Below, piece by piece: positions 24,236 to 37,989 of a stretch of DNA of 64,000 bases. Each line of letters begins with the position of its first letter. The stretch's first letter is position 1. The stretch comes from Felis catus (lineage: Eukaryota). The stretch lies in the NCBI RefSeq assembly GCF_018350175.1, contig NC_058375.1, forward strand, positions 12,090,001 to 12,154,000. The letters run 5' to 3'. Both the position numbers and the translations under genes were made by a program. The notes under the pieces are model-generated. The model searched no databases. It had not been told where the DNA came from and saw nothing but the letters and a program-made list of their open reading frames with translations.

Positions 24236-25130
24236 CTGACCAAAAACAACAAGACACCCCAGTCGTGCTGATGCGAAGTCCAATGTACCTACACTTCATT
24301 ATTATAGTATGATCTGACACGTCTGTGTATATTAGCTGCTCTTACCCTTTTGGCTTTCTGAGGTCACACTCAGGAATTTTTCCATCGTTCTATTTTTGTG
24401 TATTCTTACACATTGTAAGTCCTGCAGAGTCACGCTGCGTATACATTTCTAGGGAAAGGAAAGCTCAAGGAGAGAGAGAGAGCCCCCTTACTCCAAAGCA
24501 CTGCGAGTGCCCATGCGTGAGGGGGCAGTGGGGTGAGAGGAAGGGCAGTAGCACAGGGCTTGGAACTTGGGGCGCAGGCCTGGAGTCTGAGAACCTGGTC
24601 AGAACCCTGGCTTGGCCACTGGCTAGGTTCTTGGCAAACCGCTTCATCAGCTTCCCACCTACGAAGCAGAGGCAGCCCCTACATCTCACGGGACCGCTGC
24701 AGGTGAATTAACACACAGGACAGTCAAACAGAGCGCCTGCCACATTCGCTCAGTGTAACTGTGACCATCATCGTGCAGAGGCTGCAGTTGTATGAACGGT
24801 TCACTCTCCCTGAGCCTGTTTCCCTATCTGTCAAACGGAACCAAAACTTAAAATCGCAGGACTATTACAAAGATGAAATAAAAGCATGCGACTTTCATAG
24901 TATCCGGCACAGTCACGTGCTCAACAAACCTATTTCCTGGTTGTCACGCCCATGCCTCCCAGTCCTGCTCTATGCATGGGATTTTTAAAAATATGCCCCC
25001 GCCCCAATATCCTTTAGCATTATCCAGATTTCTTTTTTTTCTACTTTATTGAGATATAATTGCCATATGACATGCAAATTTAAGGTGCACAGCATGATAG
25101 CGTAGCACATAATTTAATATACGTATATAC

Positions 25131-25304
25131 TGGGGTGTGCGGGTGGCTCAGGCAGTTAAGCGTCAGACTCTTGATTTCAGCTCGGGTCATGATCTCATGG
25201 TTTGTGAGTTTGAGCCCTGCGTCGGGCTCTGTGCCGACAGCGCAGAGCCTGCTCGAGATTCTCTCTACCTGCCCCCCCTCAAAATAAATAAACTTAAAAA
25301 AAAA
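25131..25304 (+). mobile_element. Can-SINE within an old L1 3' remnant
   Basis: SINE head, body and tail; flanking ctttattgagatataattg..aaatttaaggtgcacagc is the reverse of an L1 3' end. Confidence 0.8.
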
Positions 25305-25719
25305 GCGCCCCTGTGTACATATGGTGAAATGATCACCACAACAAGATTAGTTAACAGGGCTGCATTATCTGTATTTCTATCAGCAATATGCAAGTACCCT
25401 TTCCACCCTATCTTTGCTAACACTGGGAACTACCCTTTAAAAACCTCTGCTATTTTGAGAATGGAGAAGTATTATTGTTTTAATCTGAGATCTTTGAGTA
25501 TTTCAGTGGTTGAGTATCTGTCATAAAGCCATTGATTTTTCTTCACGCTCCAGATGCTTATTGGAAGTGTGCTGTGCCAGGTTCCATGCTGGCTGCTGGA
25601 CATACACCAGAGAACAGATGAAAACTCCTGCCTGCGCAGCACCTTCATTCTAGTCGACTATTCTACAGACTCGGTCCACCCATGTTCTTTGCCTCTTTGT
25701 TTAGGAGATCTTAGGAATT

Positions 25720-26630
25720 GTTTTTAAAGGAAAAACCTTTTTTAAAGCTCCAAAACTCATCATTCCCAGTACTTCACTTCTGACACTCCTGGTCACCAGG
25801 CGTGTGGTTTCCGGAACCGAGCAATCCTGCAACCCCAGCCAGGTGTCCCCACAGTGTAACTCAATCTGGCCCCACCACCACTGGCCGGTGACAGCATCAG
25901 ATCCCACAGTTGAAGGGCTTGGTCCCAGCCCCCACCCCCACCGTCCTCGGACACCCGCTGCCCGCTGCAAGCTCGGGCTGTCCCCTGGAAGACTGGCTGC
26001 GGATCAGAGATTCTCATGATCCCCTCCCTTGGGTTTGACAGTTGCTAGAGCAGCTTACAGAACTTAGATAAACAGGTAATTCACTAGCTTCTGATTTAGT
26101 AGAATGGCCAAGTGGAAGAGGTGCACAGGGCAAGGTGTCCAGGAAGGGGAGCAGAGCTTCCGTGCCCTCTCCCTGCACCTGCACGAGTTCACGCACCCAG
26201 ACTCTCTGAACCCCACAATCCGGGTCCTTTCATGGAGGCGTCAGTGCACAGGCATGATTGATTACATGGTGCTGCCGGTCAGTGGTTTGACCTCTAACCT
26301 CTCTTCCCTCTCAGGTCAAGGGGTAGGGCAGAGGGTTCCAACAGTCTAAACACAGGGTTGGTTCCCTAGTAATCAGCCCCCACCCCAACCTGTGGTTATC
26401 TAGACTTCTAAAAACCACCTCATTAGAGTAAACTTAGGCGGCTGAAAGGGGCTTGTCATGAATAAAAAATACAAGCCCATTTCACCTTCAGTATTTATCC
26501 GGAGCTATTTCAGGAACTGGGAACAAAACCAAAACTATTATAACAAAAGATGACCCTATAGCTCTTATCACTTTGGATCGCAAGGGTTTTAGGAGCCAGA
26601 AACCCTGGAAAAGACCAAATTTATACCACC
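25720..26630 (-). mobile_element. MER21-like ERVL solo LTR
   Basis: Reverse strand atttggtctt..ctcctaaaacccttg and plus strand cttcacttctgacac..agatcccacagttgaagggct resemble recalled MER21; boundaries approximate. Confidence 0.6.
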
Positions 26631-27639
26631 AATCTATTCTATCAGTGGCGAATCCTGCCCTCCCTCACCTCCAGCCCATAACCAGCAATTGGCTGTTTGA
26701 CTTCTAATTTTGGTAATGGAACTTTTAAACCACAGATTTAAATGCTTGCATGTTACAGTTGACCACCCTTTCCCCTTATGATACTATCACTATTTTTAAT
26801 GTATGTATGTATTTATAAAATTTTATTTTTTAATAATCTCTATACCCAATATGGGGCTTGAACTCATAATCCCAAGATCAAGAGTCACACACTCCTCTGC
26901 CTGAGCCAGCCAGGGCCCCAGTACTATCAATTTTAAATCTAAAAAGATGAAACCCCTTCCTGACGTTTCAAGACTAGAATTTTCCTCTAGATTTTACATT
27001 AAAAAAAAAAATGTGTATTTATTTTTGAGAGAGAGAGCGCGCGTGCGAGCAGGGGAGGGGCTCGAACTTATGAACTGTGAGATCATGACCTGAGCTGAGG
27101 TTGGAAGCTTAACCGAGCCACCCAGGCACCCCATGCATTTTAAAATTATTCCCCCCCAAATTACAAAAACTGCTAATCAATTGCCCCAAATCACTGACTG
27201 ACTAAACCTTCTTTTGCTTCTGATCTGTGGTACCTCCTTCTGGTATTCTGTAACAGAATTTCACTGAAGTAGAGTTTATTTTGCAACTTAAAAAAATTCA
27301 AATGATCTGTCTATTCCTGTCCTGGCATGTTTTAAATGGCAGCAATCCTCTTTATTTTTACAAAAATTTCAAATATCAAGTTAAAAAGCCAAAGCCCTCC
27401 CTTCAAGTGATCTCTCCTGCTAAATTTCATAAATTTCATAATAGCTAGGGACTGTTAAAGAGTCTGGTGTATTTTTCTCACACCTAAAAAAAGCAATATA
27501 TATAATAACACCTTGCTTTTTTCATTCAACATCTCCAATAAAGGACAGTAATCACCTGTTTTCCTATTGAAGGACCCTTAGCTTGCTTAAATCCTTCTCT
27601 ATTATATACAATGATGCAAATAACATTTTTACATAGAAA

Positions 27640-29798
27640 TCAAGATTTTTTTGGCTATTCTGTGTCCCTTACATTTCCATATACATTTTAGGATCTGCTT
27701 GTCAATTTCTGCAAAAATGACTGGTGGGCTTTTGACAGTAATTGTGTTGAATCTGTAAATCAATTTAGGGGCGCAGTGCCACCTTAAAAAGACTGTTTTC
27801 CAGGGGTGCCTGGTTGGCTCAGTTGGAGCAGTGTGACTCAGTCTTGTGAGTTTGAGCCCCACGTTGGGCGTAGACTACTTAAAAAAATTGTTTTCCAGCC
27901 CTTAAGCATGGGATGTCTTTCCATTTATCTAAGTCTTTAATTTCTTTCCTTTTTTTCTTCCCCCCCATTTGAGAGTGAACAGGGCAGAGGGAGAGAGTGA
28001 ATCTTAAGCAGGCTCCACACTCAGTGTGTTGCCCAATGTGGGGCTTGATCCCTTGACCTGGGGATCATGACTGGAGCCATAATTAAGAACTGGGACACTT
28101 GGGGCACCCAGGGTGGCTCAGTCGGTTAAGCATCTGACCCTTGATTTTTAGTTCAGGTCATGATCTCACAGTCTGAGTTGGAGCCCTGCAATGGGCTCTG
28201 CACTGACAGTGAGGAGCCTGCTTGGGATTCTTGCTCTTTCTGCCCCTCCCCCACTTGCATTCTCTTTCTCTAATAAGGGTAAAAAAAAAAAAAAAAAAAA
28301 AAAGGAACGTATAATACCATCTTAAAAAAAAGGGTCAGATGCTCAACAGACTGTACCAGCCAGTTGCCCCTAGGTTTTTAATTTCTTGTCACCGATGTTT
28401 TATAGTTCTCAGCGTACAAGTCTTGCATTTCTTTTGCTAAGTTGGATCCTCAGTATTTTATTTTTTCATGTTATTGTAAATGGAACCATTTTCTTATTTA
28501 AGGACTGTTCACGACTAGTTTATAGAAATACAACTGATTTTTATATACTGATCTTATATCCTCGCTGAACTAGTTTATTAGATCTAATAGTTTCTTGGTG
28601 TGGATTTAAGATTTTCTATATACAAGGTCATGTCATCTACGAAGAGTTTCCTTCTTCCTTGTCAATTTGCTCTATTTTCTCTTGCCTAATTTCCTTGGTT
28701 AGAACCTCCAATAAAATTCTATAATGGCTGATGCTAGTAAAACAAACAAACAAAAAAACCCTTTTTGCATGACCTTGTACCACGCGACCTTGCTAAATTT
28801 ACTTATGTCCTTGTAGTTTTGTAGATTCCCTGGAATTTTCTTTTTTTTTTTTTGGTAGATTCTCTAAAATCTTCTATGTAAGCAATGATGTTATTTGTGA
28901 CTGGTGACAGTTTTATCTCCTCCTTTCCAAATTTCATGCCCTTTATTTTTAACTTGCCCTTAATGCACTTGTTCAAATGTCATGTAGAACACTCAACAGA
29001 AGTGGAGTGGACACCCTTGCTATGTTCCTTATGGGCAGAGCACTGACTATTTCACAGCGAGCTGTCGATTTTCCACAGATGCTCTTTATCTAGTCGAGGA
29101 ATCTCCCCCTTTTTTCAAGCGTGCAGACTTCTGGTTTTCCTCCTTTATCTTGTTACTACGGTGAATGACACGGACTGATTTTCCAATTTTCTTAAATGTT
29201 TACTTATTTTGATAGAGAGGTGGGGGTGGGAGTGGGAACTGTGAGCAGGGAGGGGCAGAGAGGAGAGAATCTCAAACAGGCTCCACACCCAGCCCGGACC
29301 CTGAAGGCTGGGGTGGACTCCATTTCACAAACAGTGAGATCATGACCTGAGCTGAAATCAAGAGTTGGATACTTAACCAACTGAGCCACCCAGGCACCCA
29401 TGATTTTCCAATGTTAAAACTACTCTGCACCCCTGGGACAAGCCCAAACTTGGTTATTAAGGCATTATCCTTTTCTTATAGATGGTTAGATTTGATCTGC
29501 TGAAATCTTGAGAATTTTTGTGTCTGTTCATGAAAGATACCAATCTATATCCTTCCTTTTTGTAATGAGATGTCTCCACTAGATTTTGGAATCAGGTTTT
29601 GATGGCCTCCTAAAATGAACTGGGAAGTGATTATTCCTTGTTTATTTTCTGAAAGGATGTAACAGGCATTAGGAGTTTTCTTAAATGTTTCATGATTCAT
29701 CAGTGAAGCCACCTGGGCCTGGAGTTTTCTCATGAAAAGGTCTTTGACAACGCATCTCATATCTATAGTGAATGCAGAACTATTCATATTTTCTTTTT

Positions 29799-29847
<49 letters not shown>

Positions 29848-30273
29848 CGCGCATGAGAAGGGGAGAGGGACAGAAGGAGAGAGAATCTTAAGCACACTCC
29901 ACACTCAGCATGGAGCCCAACATGGGGCTTAATCCCAGGACACTGGGATCATGACCTGAGTCAAAATTAAGAGTCAGATGCTCAACCGAGCTATCCAGGT
30001 GCCCCCTGTTTCTGTGTTCTATTTGAATTCCATTGTGGTCAGAGAATACACTCTAGAAGATCCTAATTTTTTGGAATTTACTGAGATTTGTTTTATGGCC
30101 CAGCATCACAGTGAATGTTCCCTGCACACTTGATAAGAACATGTATTTTACAACTGTTTGGTGTGGTGTCTCAAAAATATTAATTAGATCAAGATGATTG
30201 ATAATGTTCAGATGATCTGTCTTTAGTTAAAAAAAATTTATTTTTAAATTATGCAAAAATTTTTAAGGTTTAT

Positions 30274-30315
<42 letters not shown>

Positions 30316-33170
30316 CGTGTGCACTCAAGAGAGAGCACGTGTGCGAGCAGGGGAGAGGCAAAGAGACAGGGAGCGAGAATCCCAAGCAGCCTGTGCACCA
30401 TCAGCACGGAGCCTGATGTGGGCTCAAACTCACAAACTGTGAGATTTTAGCCTGAGCTGAAACCAAGAAATCAAGAGTTGGGCACTTAATCGACTGAGCC
30501 ACCCAGACATCCCTTTCCTTTTTTTTTTTTTTTTTTTAAAAAGAGACAGCATGAGCGTGTGAGCAGGGGAGGGGCAGACTGAGAGGGAGAATCTTAAGCA
30601 GGCTCCATGCTCAGCGTGGAGCCTGACTCAGGGCTCGATCTCAGGACCCTGAGATCATGACCTGAGCCAAAAATCAAGGGTTGGACGCTTAACCGAATGA
30701 GCCACCCAGGTGCCCCATGCCAGTAAGATCTTTAAATTTTACTTAGTTTTGTTTTTAACAATATTTAAAGTGTATTTCTTATAAGTACCATGAAATTGGG
30801 TTTTGCTTTTTATCTATTCTGACAGTCTTTGCCTTTTAATTGGAGTGTTTAATGCCTTTAATGATATAATTATTGATGAGGTTGGATTTGGCTCTCTCAT
30901 TTTACTATTTGTCCCAACATTTTTGCCCCTGTTCTTTCTTTCCTGCTTTAAGTAGTATTTTTAGATGGAGTAAGCAGTTTTGGAATTCCATTTAATTTAT
31001 ATATTGGCTTTTAGCTATCTCACTCTGCATTTTAATAAATGGTTATTCTAGAATTATAATGTGTCCTTAACTTTTCAACCTATTTCGAGTTAATACTGTA
31101 CCATTTCATGTACTGTGAGAACCCTCCAACCTTATAGGTCAACCCACTCCCAGCCCTTATGCTGGTCATCACACACATTACATCCGTATAAGCGGTCTGT
31201 TACACAACACAGTATTAGATTTTTAACAGTCATATGTATACTTTAATGGAATTAAGAGGAAAAATGGTTTCCTATTTACCATAGCTAGTGCTTTTCATTC
31301 CTTGTCCTTTCTTCCTTCTCAACAGGCAAGATAACTTCTCACACTGCACTTAGTACAGGTCTTCTGGCTGTGAATTCTTGGATTTTTTATTACCTGAAAA
31401 TGTCTTCATTCCATCCTCACCATTTTGCGGAGTACAGGATTCTGGCTGATGGTGTTTTTCTTTTAGTAATTAAGCGATGGCATTTCATGGTCCTTTGGCA
31501 TCTACAATTATTGAGTAAACAATCATTTGTATCGTTTCCCAGGCTGTAATGTGTTTTATCGTTCCTGCTTTCAAGATTTCTTCTTTCATTCTGATCTTCA
31601 GCAACTGGAGTATGATGTTCCTGGGTGTAGTTTTCCTTGTATTTACCTTGTCTGAAGTTCATGCTTCCTGAATGTGTCAATTATGTCTTTCACCAGCTTG
31701 GGGAATTCTTGGTCATTAGTTCTTCAAGTATTTTTTTTTTTTGCCCTTTCTCTTTCTCCACTCCTCTGGGACTCCAATGACATATGTTAAACTTTCTGAT
31801 ATCATTCCAATCTTTTTAGTCTCAAGAACACGTGATTCTTGTTAATGTATTTTCAGGGTCACTGAATCTTCCTGCTGTCTTCAATCTGCTATCCAGTAAA
31901 TTTTCTATTTCAGATATTGCTGTTTTCAGTTCCAGATTTTCCATTTGGTTCTTTTTAAAAGTTTCTATTTCCCTGCTGAGATTTTCTAGCTCGTGAGCAT
32001 CTTTTCCTTTATCTACAAGCATAGGGATAACTCCTTAAAATCCACATCTAGTTCCAACACCTGGACTGCTTCAGGGCTGGGTGGCCTCCATTCCTGGTGT
32101 TTCCATTTGAGGATGGTTCAGGTTTCACTGTTTCTTCATATGATTAGTAATTCTGGACTATGTGCTGGACTTTGTGAATAAATGATGTGGCAACTCTGGA
32201 TTTTATTGTGTTTCTCTATAGAGTATCGATTAAAAAAAAACCCTTTTAAAATAGTTTTTTATTTTAAGTACACTCCATGCCCAATGTGGGGCTTAAACTC
32301 ACGACCCTGGGATCAAGAGTTGCATGCTCTACCGACTGAGCCAGCCAAGGGCCTCTGAGGTTTTTTTTTGTTTTTGTTTTTGTTTTTTTTAAAGCAATAA
32401 TTAATATGGGCTGAACTCCAGACTTGGGCAGTTCACAAACAGACTTTGGGGCTCCCCCTCTATGTTTCTTTCCAGGACTGCCCCCTCGTTTACTGGTTAC
32501 TGTGGTAGCTATACAACCTCAAGCTAGTAAGTAAGACTGTGGTTTTATCGTGTTTTTGGCCTTGTACCTCTGCTTCCACTGGGGTTTGCCCTCAGGTCAC
32601 AGAGTGTAAAACCCAGTAACATCCTGTTCTTCCAAGTGTCAACTCATTCCCAGTGTCTCTGGTCACTCTGCTGTGTCTGTAGGTCATTACTGCTTGTCTT
32701 CTGTCCAGAGTTTATAGCTGTTACTTGAGGGTTAGTACGATGAAAGCTACTCTGCCATAACCGGAGAAGAATGCAATTACTCTTTACGTTTTTTAGCGTC
32801 AAAAAATAGTTATGGGGGCACCTGGGTGGCTCAGTCGGTTAAGTGTCCGACTCTTGATTTCGGCTCAGGTCACGATCTCAGGGTTCATGGGATTGAGCCC
32901 TGCATCAAGCTCTGCGCTGACAACACGGAGCCTGCTTGGGAGTCTCTCTCTCTGCCCCTCCCCTGCTTGTGCTCTCTCTCTCTCTCAAAATAAATAAACA
33001 TTAAAAAGTTAGTTATGAATTTAACTCTTCTGAAGTTTCAGCTACATTCTGTAGGTTTTGATTTGCATTGTTTTTATTCTCCAAGTATCCCAACAATATT
33101 TGAAATGATTCCTTAATAAAAGTAGTTGTTTAAAAGAGTGCTTTTTAACTTCCAAGTAGTTAAGAGTTTT
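27640..33170 (-). mobile_element. Long ancient L1 relic (ORF1 and ORF2 remnants) fragmented by about 9 Can-SINE insertions
   Basis: ORF 31822..32022(-) REIETFKKNQMENLELKTAISEI (ORF1 coiled coil); ORF 31417..31680(-) RILYSAK; ORF 27629..27862(-) PKLIYRFNTI..FAEIDKQILKCIWKCKG (ORF2). Confidence 0.8.
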
Positions 33171-33499
33171 TTGTTTTTAACACGCATTTTACTAATTACT
33201 TTTGGTTGTTGGGTATTTGGTAAGTGTCTGTCTGACAAGGTTATATATCAACTAACTCTAGTGCTTAATAGAACTTACATGTTGGTAAAGTCAAAGAAAG
33301 CATTAGAATAGTAGTTTTCAAATCTTTTTTTTTTTTGTGCCACAGAAGCTTTTGTTCAAAACACATAGAGTCCTTATTCATTTACAAATAAAACAGATCA
33401 TGAAATAGGACAGTTCTGATTACACTGGAGAGGGGAGAGGTGGTGCAGTGGGGAGCTGGGGAGCCCAGCTCACCAGATTTTCTTCCCTTTGGCTGCCTG

Positions 33500-33889
33500 T
33501 GGAGGTCCTCCGGGGTGGAAGATGATGAAAGAGTGGTTCAGAAAGAGGTGAGGACTCACCTCGCTGTCGCTGGCTTTGAAGACGGGGGGTATGAGCTGCA
33601 GGGTGCATGGCCTCTAAAACTTGGGGGCGGCTCTTAGCTTACAGCCAACAAGAAACCAGGGACCTCAGTGTTGCAACCATAAGGAACTGAATTCTGCCAA
33701 CAGCCCAAGGGAACAGAAAGCGGATTTCCCTGGTCTCTAGAAAGAAACAGGGCCTGCTGACACATCGACCCATGGTCTGATGACACCTTCACCAGACTTC
33801 TAACCTGCAGAACTGAAAAGTAATAAATCCAGGCGTTTTAAGTCGCTAGGTCTGTGGCACTTTGATATGACAGAAAGACAAATAATACA
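33500..33889 (+). mobile_element. MaLR LTR (MLT1D-like)
   Basis: gctggctttgaagac..aaggaactgaattctgccaac..ttctaacctgcagaactg..aataaat..aataca. Confidence 0.7.
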
Positions 33890-34007
33890 GAGGTATGGAT
33901 CTCTGCTACTATTTTAACTGCATCGCTATCTTGTCATATTACCATTCCAGAGACATTTACGGTGTCCTTCCAGCTCTACCAGTACTCCTAGAGACTTGTC
34001 ATCCTCT

Positions 34008-34240
34008 GGGGGGGCCTGGGTGGCTCAGTCGTTTAAGTGTCCACCTCTCGATTTCGGCTCAGGCCACGATCTCATGGTTCGGGAGTTCGAGCCCCACGTC
34101 GGGCTCTGTGATGACTGCGTGGGGCCTGCTTGTGATTCTTTTTCCATCTCTCTCTGCCCCTCCCCCACTCATGTGCACATGCTCTCTCTCTCTCTCTCTC
34201 TCTCAAAAAGAAAGAAATAAACTTTATTAAAAAAAAAAAA
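34008..34240 (+). mobile_element. Can-SINE, TSD approximately ttgtcatcctctg
   Basis: Head and tail present; ttgtcatcctctg repeated on both sides. Confidence 0.88.
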
Positions 34241-34480
34241 GAAATTTGTCATCCTCTGATTTGGGGAAAGGAAAGGAATTTTACAAAAGTTATTCTTCCT
34301 GGTATTAATTATCTTTTCGAATCAGGTGCCCACCTCATTCATTTGCAAAAGAGACGATAAATTCCAGGGCCACTGGATGATCCGTTTTTAAACCTTCTGC
34401 GGATGTGAAAAGCAGGTCCCTGACTCGGATCAACAGCTCACCTTCACTTAGCAAACATCTAGCTCTCACAGAGATACTCA

Positions 34481-34651
<171 letters not shown>

Positions 34652-35311
34652 TTAAAAATGCAAGACAAATCCTACTGTTTAGCTGGTGCTATAAACTACA
34701 GCACTGGCTACAAACCCACACATTACTGTCTTCTTGCAAAAGGCATTCAATATCCATCAAATATTAAGCACCTAGCACGTCACGTACCAGACATGGTGCT
34801 GGGGTCTAGTGAAATAGCACTTAATGAAACAGTCTTTGCCCTCACGGAATCTACTTTAAGCAAGAGAGAAATTAAATATTTATGATAAAGTATAAAAAGG
34901 GAAGAATACAGAAAAGACTTACACTAGTACAAGAGATCAGGGAAGGCCCCATAAATGATAATGAAGCTGAGACTTGGTGAGTAGGGATTAGAGAGTGTTA
35001 TAAACTGAGGGAACAACACGTGTAGAGGCCTGGATGGGGGAGAGCACAGCACATCTGGGAGAAAAGTCCAATATGAGTCAGGGGGCTTGAGTAAGGTCGG
35101 AGGAGTGGGAAATGTGAGGAAGTCAAGATTCTGATGTTACCCTAAGAGCAATGAGAAGCCAGAACGAATTATCAGGTGGATGACATAATCATTTTTATTT
35201 TTGAGAACGATATCACTGGCTACAAAGGAAGAATTGTCAGGCAACATGTGGAGAAACCAGTAGAAAGCTACTGCGGTTGTCAAAACGAGATGCCGGTGTT
35301 TCTAGATTAGG

Positions 35312-35678
35312 TGTCTCCATCAGTCTGGGCTGTTGTAACAAGACATCAAAGACCGGGTGGCTTAAACACGACTAATTTCTCACGGTTCTGGAGGCTGGGA
35401 AGTCCAAGATCAAGGTCTCAGGCAGACTTGGTGTCTGATGAAGACCCTCTTCTTGGTTGACAGATGGCCACCTCCTTGCTGTCTCATGTGGCGGAGAGAG
35501 AGATCTCACGTCTTTTCCCCTTTGTGTAAGGGCACTAATCCCAACGTAAGAGCTCTACCCTCATGACTTCATCTAACCCTGATTCCCTCTCATAGGTTCC
35601 ATCTTTAAATACCATCATAATGGGGATTAGAGTTTCGACGTTTGAACTTGGGGGAACACAAACGTTCAGCTCACAGCA
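35312..35678 (-). mobile_element. MaLR LTR (MLT1A-like)
   Basis: ttctcacggttctggaggctgggaagtccaagatcaagg..aagggcactaatccc..tcagctcacagca. Confidence 0.75.
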
Positions 35679-36255
35679 CTGCAGCAGGAAAGACGGTGAA
35701 GAATACTGTAAAATAGAACCCATGTAGGGAACTAACCAACACCCGAGTCCTGTTCTCCATGATGATTCTATCCCATCTCCTGGATACTTACGTCTCTGCC
35801 AGCGGGTCTCACACGGTGAGCCCAGCAACTCCAGAGTGCTACCACCTTAGAGGCTGCTATGAGAGGGTCAGGTTAAGCGGGCTGGTCTCTGGTTAATTCC
35901 GTCCTTCACCAGAACAGCTTCCCCACAACATATTTACAAAAAGGGTGCTGTTGCTCAAAAGTTTTATATTTAAATTCACACTCATTTTTAAGGCCACAAT
36001 TTATTATTGCCAGGAACTGTAGTAAATGCTTTATACTAATTACTCCACTGAGTCTTTGTATGAGAAAAATGAGGCTCAGCGACCGAGCAATGGGCCCATA
36101 ACACAGCTGACAAGAGGAGTTATGACTGGAACCCAAGTCTGTCTGACCCCAGAGCTGATGCTCCTGAACACTGTACTAGTCCATTTATTTGTGAATATTT
36201 GGAGGTTTCTTCTTGGCTCTGTCTCCTTTTTATGTCTCAATGCCTTGAGGGCATG

Positions 36256-36807
36256 TGTATTAGAGTTCTCCAGAGAAACAGAACCAATAGTGTGTCTATC
36301 CATATAAATACATGATACATATGAAAGGTATATATACACATATACATATACATAAAAAGAGATTTTTTTTTTTAATGAGAAATTGGCTCACATGATTACA
36401 GAGGATAGAAAGTCCCAAGAGCTGCAGTTAGCAAGCGGAGAGTGAGGAGAGCTAATGATGTAAATCTAGTCAAAGCCTGAAGGTCCATGAACCAGGAGAG
36501 CCGATGATGTGGTTCTAGGCCAAAGGCCAGCAGTCTTAAGACCCAAGAAGAGTCGATGTTTCAGTTCAAAAGCAGTCAGGCAGGAAGAATTCCTTCTTAT
36601 TTGGAGGAAGGGGAGCCTTTTGGTCTATTCATGTCTTCAACTGATTGGATAAGGCCCACCTACATCAGGAAGGTCAATCTGCATTACTGGGTCTATTGAT
36701 TTAAATGTTAACCTCCTCTAAAAACACCCTCACAGAAACACCCAAAATGTTTGACCAGCTAGCTGGCACCCGGTGGCCCAGCTGACACATACAACTAATC
36801 ATTCACA
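36256..36807 (-). mobile_element. MLT2-type ERVL solo LTR with 5-bp TSD GCATG
   Basis: tgtattagagttctccagagaaacagaaccaatag...attcaca; TG..CA ends; GCATG at 36251-36255 and 36808-36812. Confidence 0.85.
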
Positions 36808-36938
36808 GCATGGAACAGGTTCTATTTTGCATCTTCTAGCATACCTGGTCCAGGCCTTTGTGCATAGCATTTCAATTCGTGGTGAGGAAAAATTGAAGAC
36901 AAACGCAAGAAATTATACTGGAATTTAAAATAAAATTA

Positions 36939-37151
36939 GGGGCGCCTGGGTGGCGCAGTCGGTTAAGCGTCCGACTTCAGCCAGGTCACGATCTCGCGGT
37001 CTGTGAGTTCGAGCCCCGCGTCGGGCTCTGGGCTGATGGCTCAGAGCCTGGAGCCTGTTTCCGATTCTGTGTCTCCCTCTCTCTCTGCCCCTCCCCCGTT
37101 CATGCTCTGTCTCTCTCTGTCCCAAAAATAAATAAAAAAGTTGAAAAAAAA
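36939..37151 (+). mobile_element. Young Can-SINE (SINEC_Fc-like), TSD AATTTAAAATAAAATTA
   Basis: Full-length, near-consensus copy with TSD. Confidence 0.93.
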
Positions 37152-37989
37152 AATTTAAAATAAAATTAAATTAAAAAAAAAAGAAAAAAGTACAAAGCAA
37201 AAATTGAGCATTAGGCAAATGCAAACATGCTGTCCCCATTCCACAGTCCTTGAAGACCTTTCCCTCGAGGTGAACACACAAGGCGGCCACCGCTGGCTCT
37301 ACCCTGGGAGCAGAGCAGGGATCCTGTCAGTCCAACGGCAGTTAGAAGCTGAGCCCCTGGTCTGTATGCAGAAACACACAGACTATATCCCAGGCCAGCT
37401 AACTCTCTTACAAACTGGTAAAAACAGACAAAACTGGGGAGGTTAATGGTGTAATTACAAGAGGTGCGACGGTGTTTCTTACTTGCCGGCAAAAAACGTC
37501 CCACATTAAGTGAGGCTGAAAATATAAACATCAGCTACCAGGAGGAAAAAAGGAAATACGGGAAGAAGAAAGTGAAGGTGAAGAGAAAAGCATATTTTTC
37601 CTTTATTACCAGGCTGGCTAACGTCAGCAATAAAAGGAAAGTCATTTCTACAAAAGAACATCTTCCATTAGGGACTTGCATTTTTTTTTTTTTTAGCAGG
37701 ATTCTATTCCATGCTATTGTATTTTACTTATTCTTAAAAAGCTCTCTGCAGGGCCTGAATTCATGACTCCAACATTAAGAGTCGCTCCCTTCACCAACTG
37801 AGCCAGCCAGGCGTCCCTAGGGACTCCATTTTGTAAAACAGGAACATTTGGCTCACGCCACCTTGTGGCATTTAAGACAAAGTGAAGGAAGTGAAAAGCA
37901 AAGATCACTGAAGATACTCCAGCAGGCTTCTGCTTGCTTAGCGCTTCACCTTGTTTTGGTTAGATGATAAAGTCTACTTCAATACGATA

